Shown here piece after piece: positions 63,164 through 64,000 of a stretch of 64,000 nucleotides of DNA. Position 1 is the first letter of the stretch. Each line of letters opens with the position of its first letter. Position numbers and translations under genes: made by a program. Origin of the DNA: a phage; assembly GCA_018027755.1 (NCBI GenBank), contig GCA_018027755.1_4098.1. One strand, written 5' to 3'. The notes below the pieces were generated by a model. That model was not told where the DNA came from, did not search any database, and saw only the letters and a program-made list of their open reading frames with translations.

Positions 63164-63999
63164 TACTCGAAAAAATGACTAGGATCATATTTTAGTCCAT
63201 CAATTTCCCATTGATGATTACATCCATCACATTCTACTTCCATACTATGAGATACACCAATTTCAAGTACTTCATCCATTTTTTCACGAATTAGTTTAAG
63301 TACTCCCTTCGATTGTTGTCCAAGCCATTCATTAATAAATTCTTTTTCAACTACTTCATCACCATCTGGTGTTATAATTTTTGCAATAACTCCACCAATC
63401 ATATCGAAGTTAAGTTGAGCCATGTTTTCAAATACTTCAGAAAATATTTTTACTTTTTCATCTTTATCAATATCAGCAGTTTCAAGAAACTTAGTCTTCT
63501 GCTGCTCACTGAACATGCGTTCAGCAAACGATGAATATTCTTTCCATGTCAGTGGTCTAAATTCTAAACGGAGTCCATTATCTAAATCAATTGATGGGAT
63601 TTCTTCAAATGCTTGTGCAGTTTCAAGAAGATATGATAGATTACGTTCAAATCGACCTTCTTTTTCACATTCAGGACATACAACGTTAATATCATATGTT
63701 TCTTCTTTAGAAGCAACTTTAATAGCAATAAGAAGCATTTCAACGTCATTTACATACAACTCATCAGCGTCAATTACATTAGGAACACAGTTTTCAATAA
63801 CACGGGATACTGCATCTCCGTTTAGTAACATATCGGGGGTATTAAGTGTCATTTCATCACGTGCACTACGTGCACAAACTCCACATTTGACACCTTTTGG
63901 ACCTAGAACTCCTTCTTTATAAGGAATAACGCCGTTTGTAACTAACTTAGTACTGATCTCTTCAATTTTAGTGTACTTAGCAAGTGGATTCATAGCCAT
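63163..63999 (-). CDS. hypothetical zinc-ribbon protein (may extend past window edge)
   Basis: Three CxxC pairs: CGVC, CPEC, CDGC; start codon sits at the last bases of the window. Confidence 0.4.
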   Translation of the reverse strand: MAMNPLAKYTKIEEISTKLVTNGVIPYKEGVLGPKGVKCGVCARSARDEMTLNTPDMLLNGDAVSRVIENCVPNVIDADELYVNDVEMLLIAIKVASKEETYDINVVCPECEKEGRFERNLSYLLETAQAFEEIPSIDLDNGLRLEFRPLTWKEYSSFAERMFSEQQKTKFLETADIDKDEKVKIFSEVFENMAQLNFDMIGGVIAKIITPDGDEVVEKEFINEWLGQQSKGVLKLIREKMDEVLEIGVSHSMEVECDGCNHQWEIDGLKYDPSHFFE

Positions 64000-64000
64000 T

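Overview
AT-rich, densely coded window from a large lytic T4-superfamily myovirus (contractile-tail phage). Calls rest on motifs read directly from the ORF translations and on gene order; no searches were run. Recognisable T4-type hallmarks: tail sheath C-terminus, three tandem tail-tube-family paralogs, intronless thymidylate synthase, a baseplate block (LysM-like protein, hub-like protein, gp5-like spike with C-terminal lysozyme, free lysozyme, gp25-like, gp6-like, then a 3333-aa giant protein), gp55-like late sigma factor, gp47/gp46 Mre11/Rad50-like nuclease and an endonuclease VII-like gene. Accessory content: a MoxR/CobS-like AAA+ ATPase with a VWA/HExxH partner behind three tandem sigma70-type promoters; a stand-alone ClpA/ClpB-like unfoldase with its own promoter and terminator; a Nudix hydrolase; a large tail fiber/tailspike arsenal on the minus strand (1841-aa repetitive fiber, pectate-lyase-type tailspike, collagen-like fiber); a cluster of acidic early proteins; and a roughly 450-nt non-coding unit (62243-62697) bounded by a promoter and a terminator. 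The best candidates for something undescribed are the ATPase/VWA module, the Clp-like unfoldase, the non-coding unit and the giant protein. No rRNA, tRNA, CRISPR array, integrase or transposase was seen. Hairpin+T-run terminators sit at most convergent gene junctions; TGnTATAAT early-type and TATAAATA late-type promoter boxes are present. Coordinates of regulatory sites are hand-counted and approximate to a few nt.
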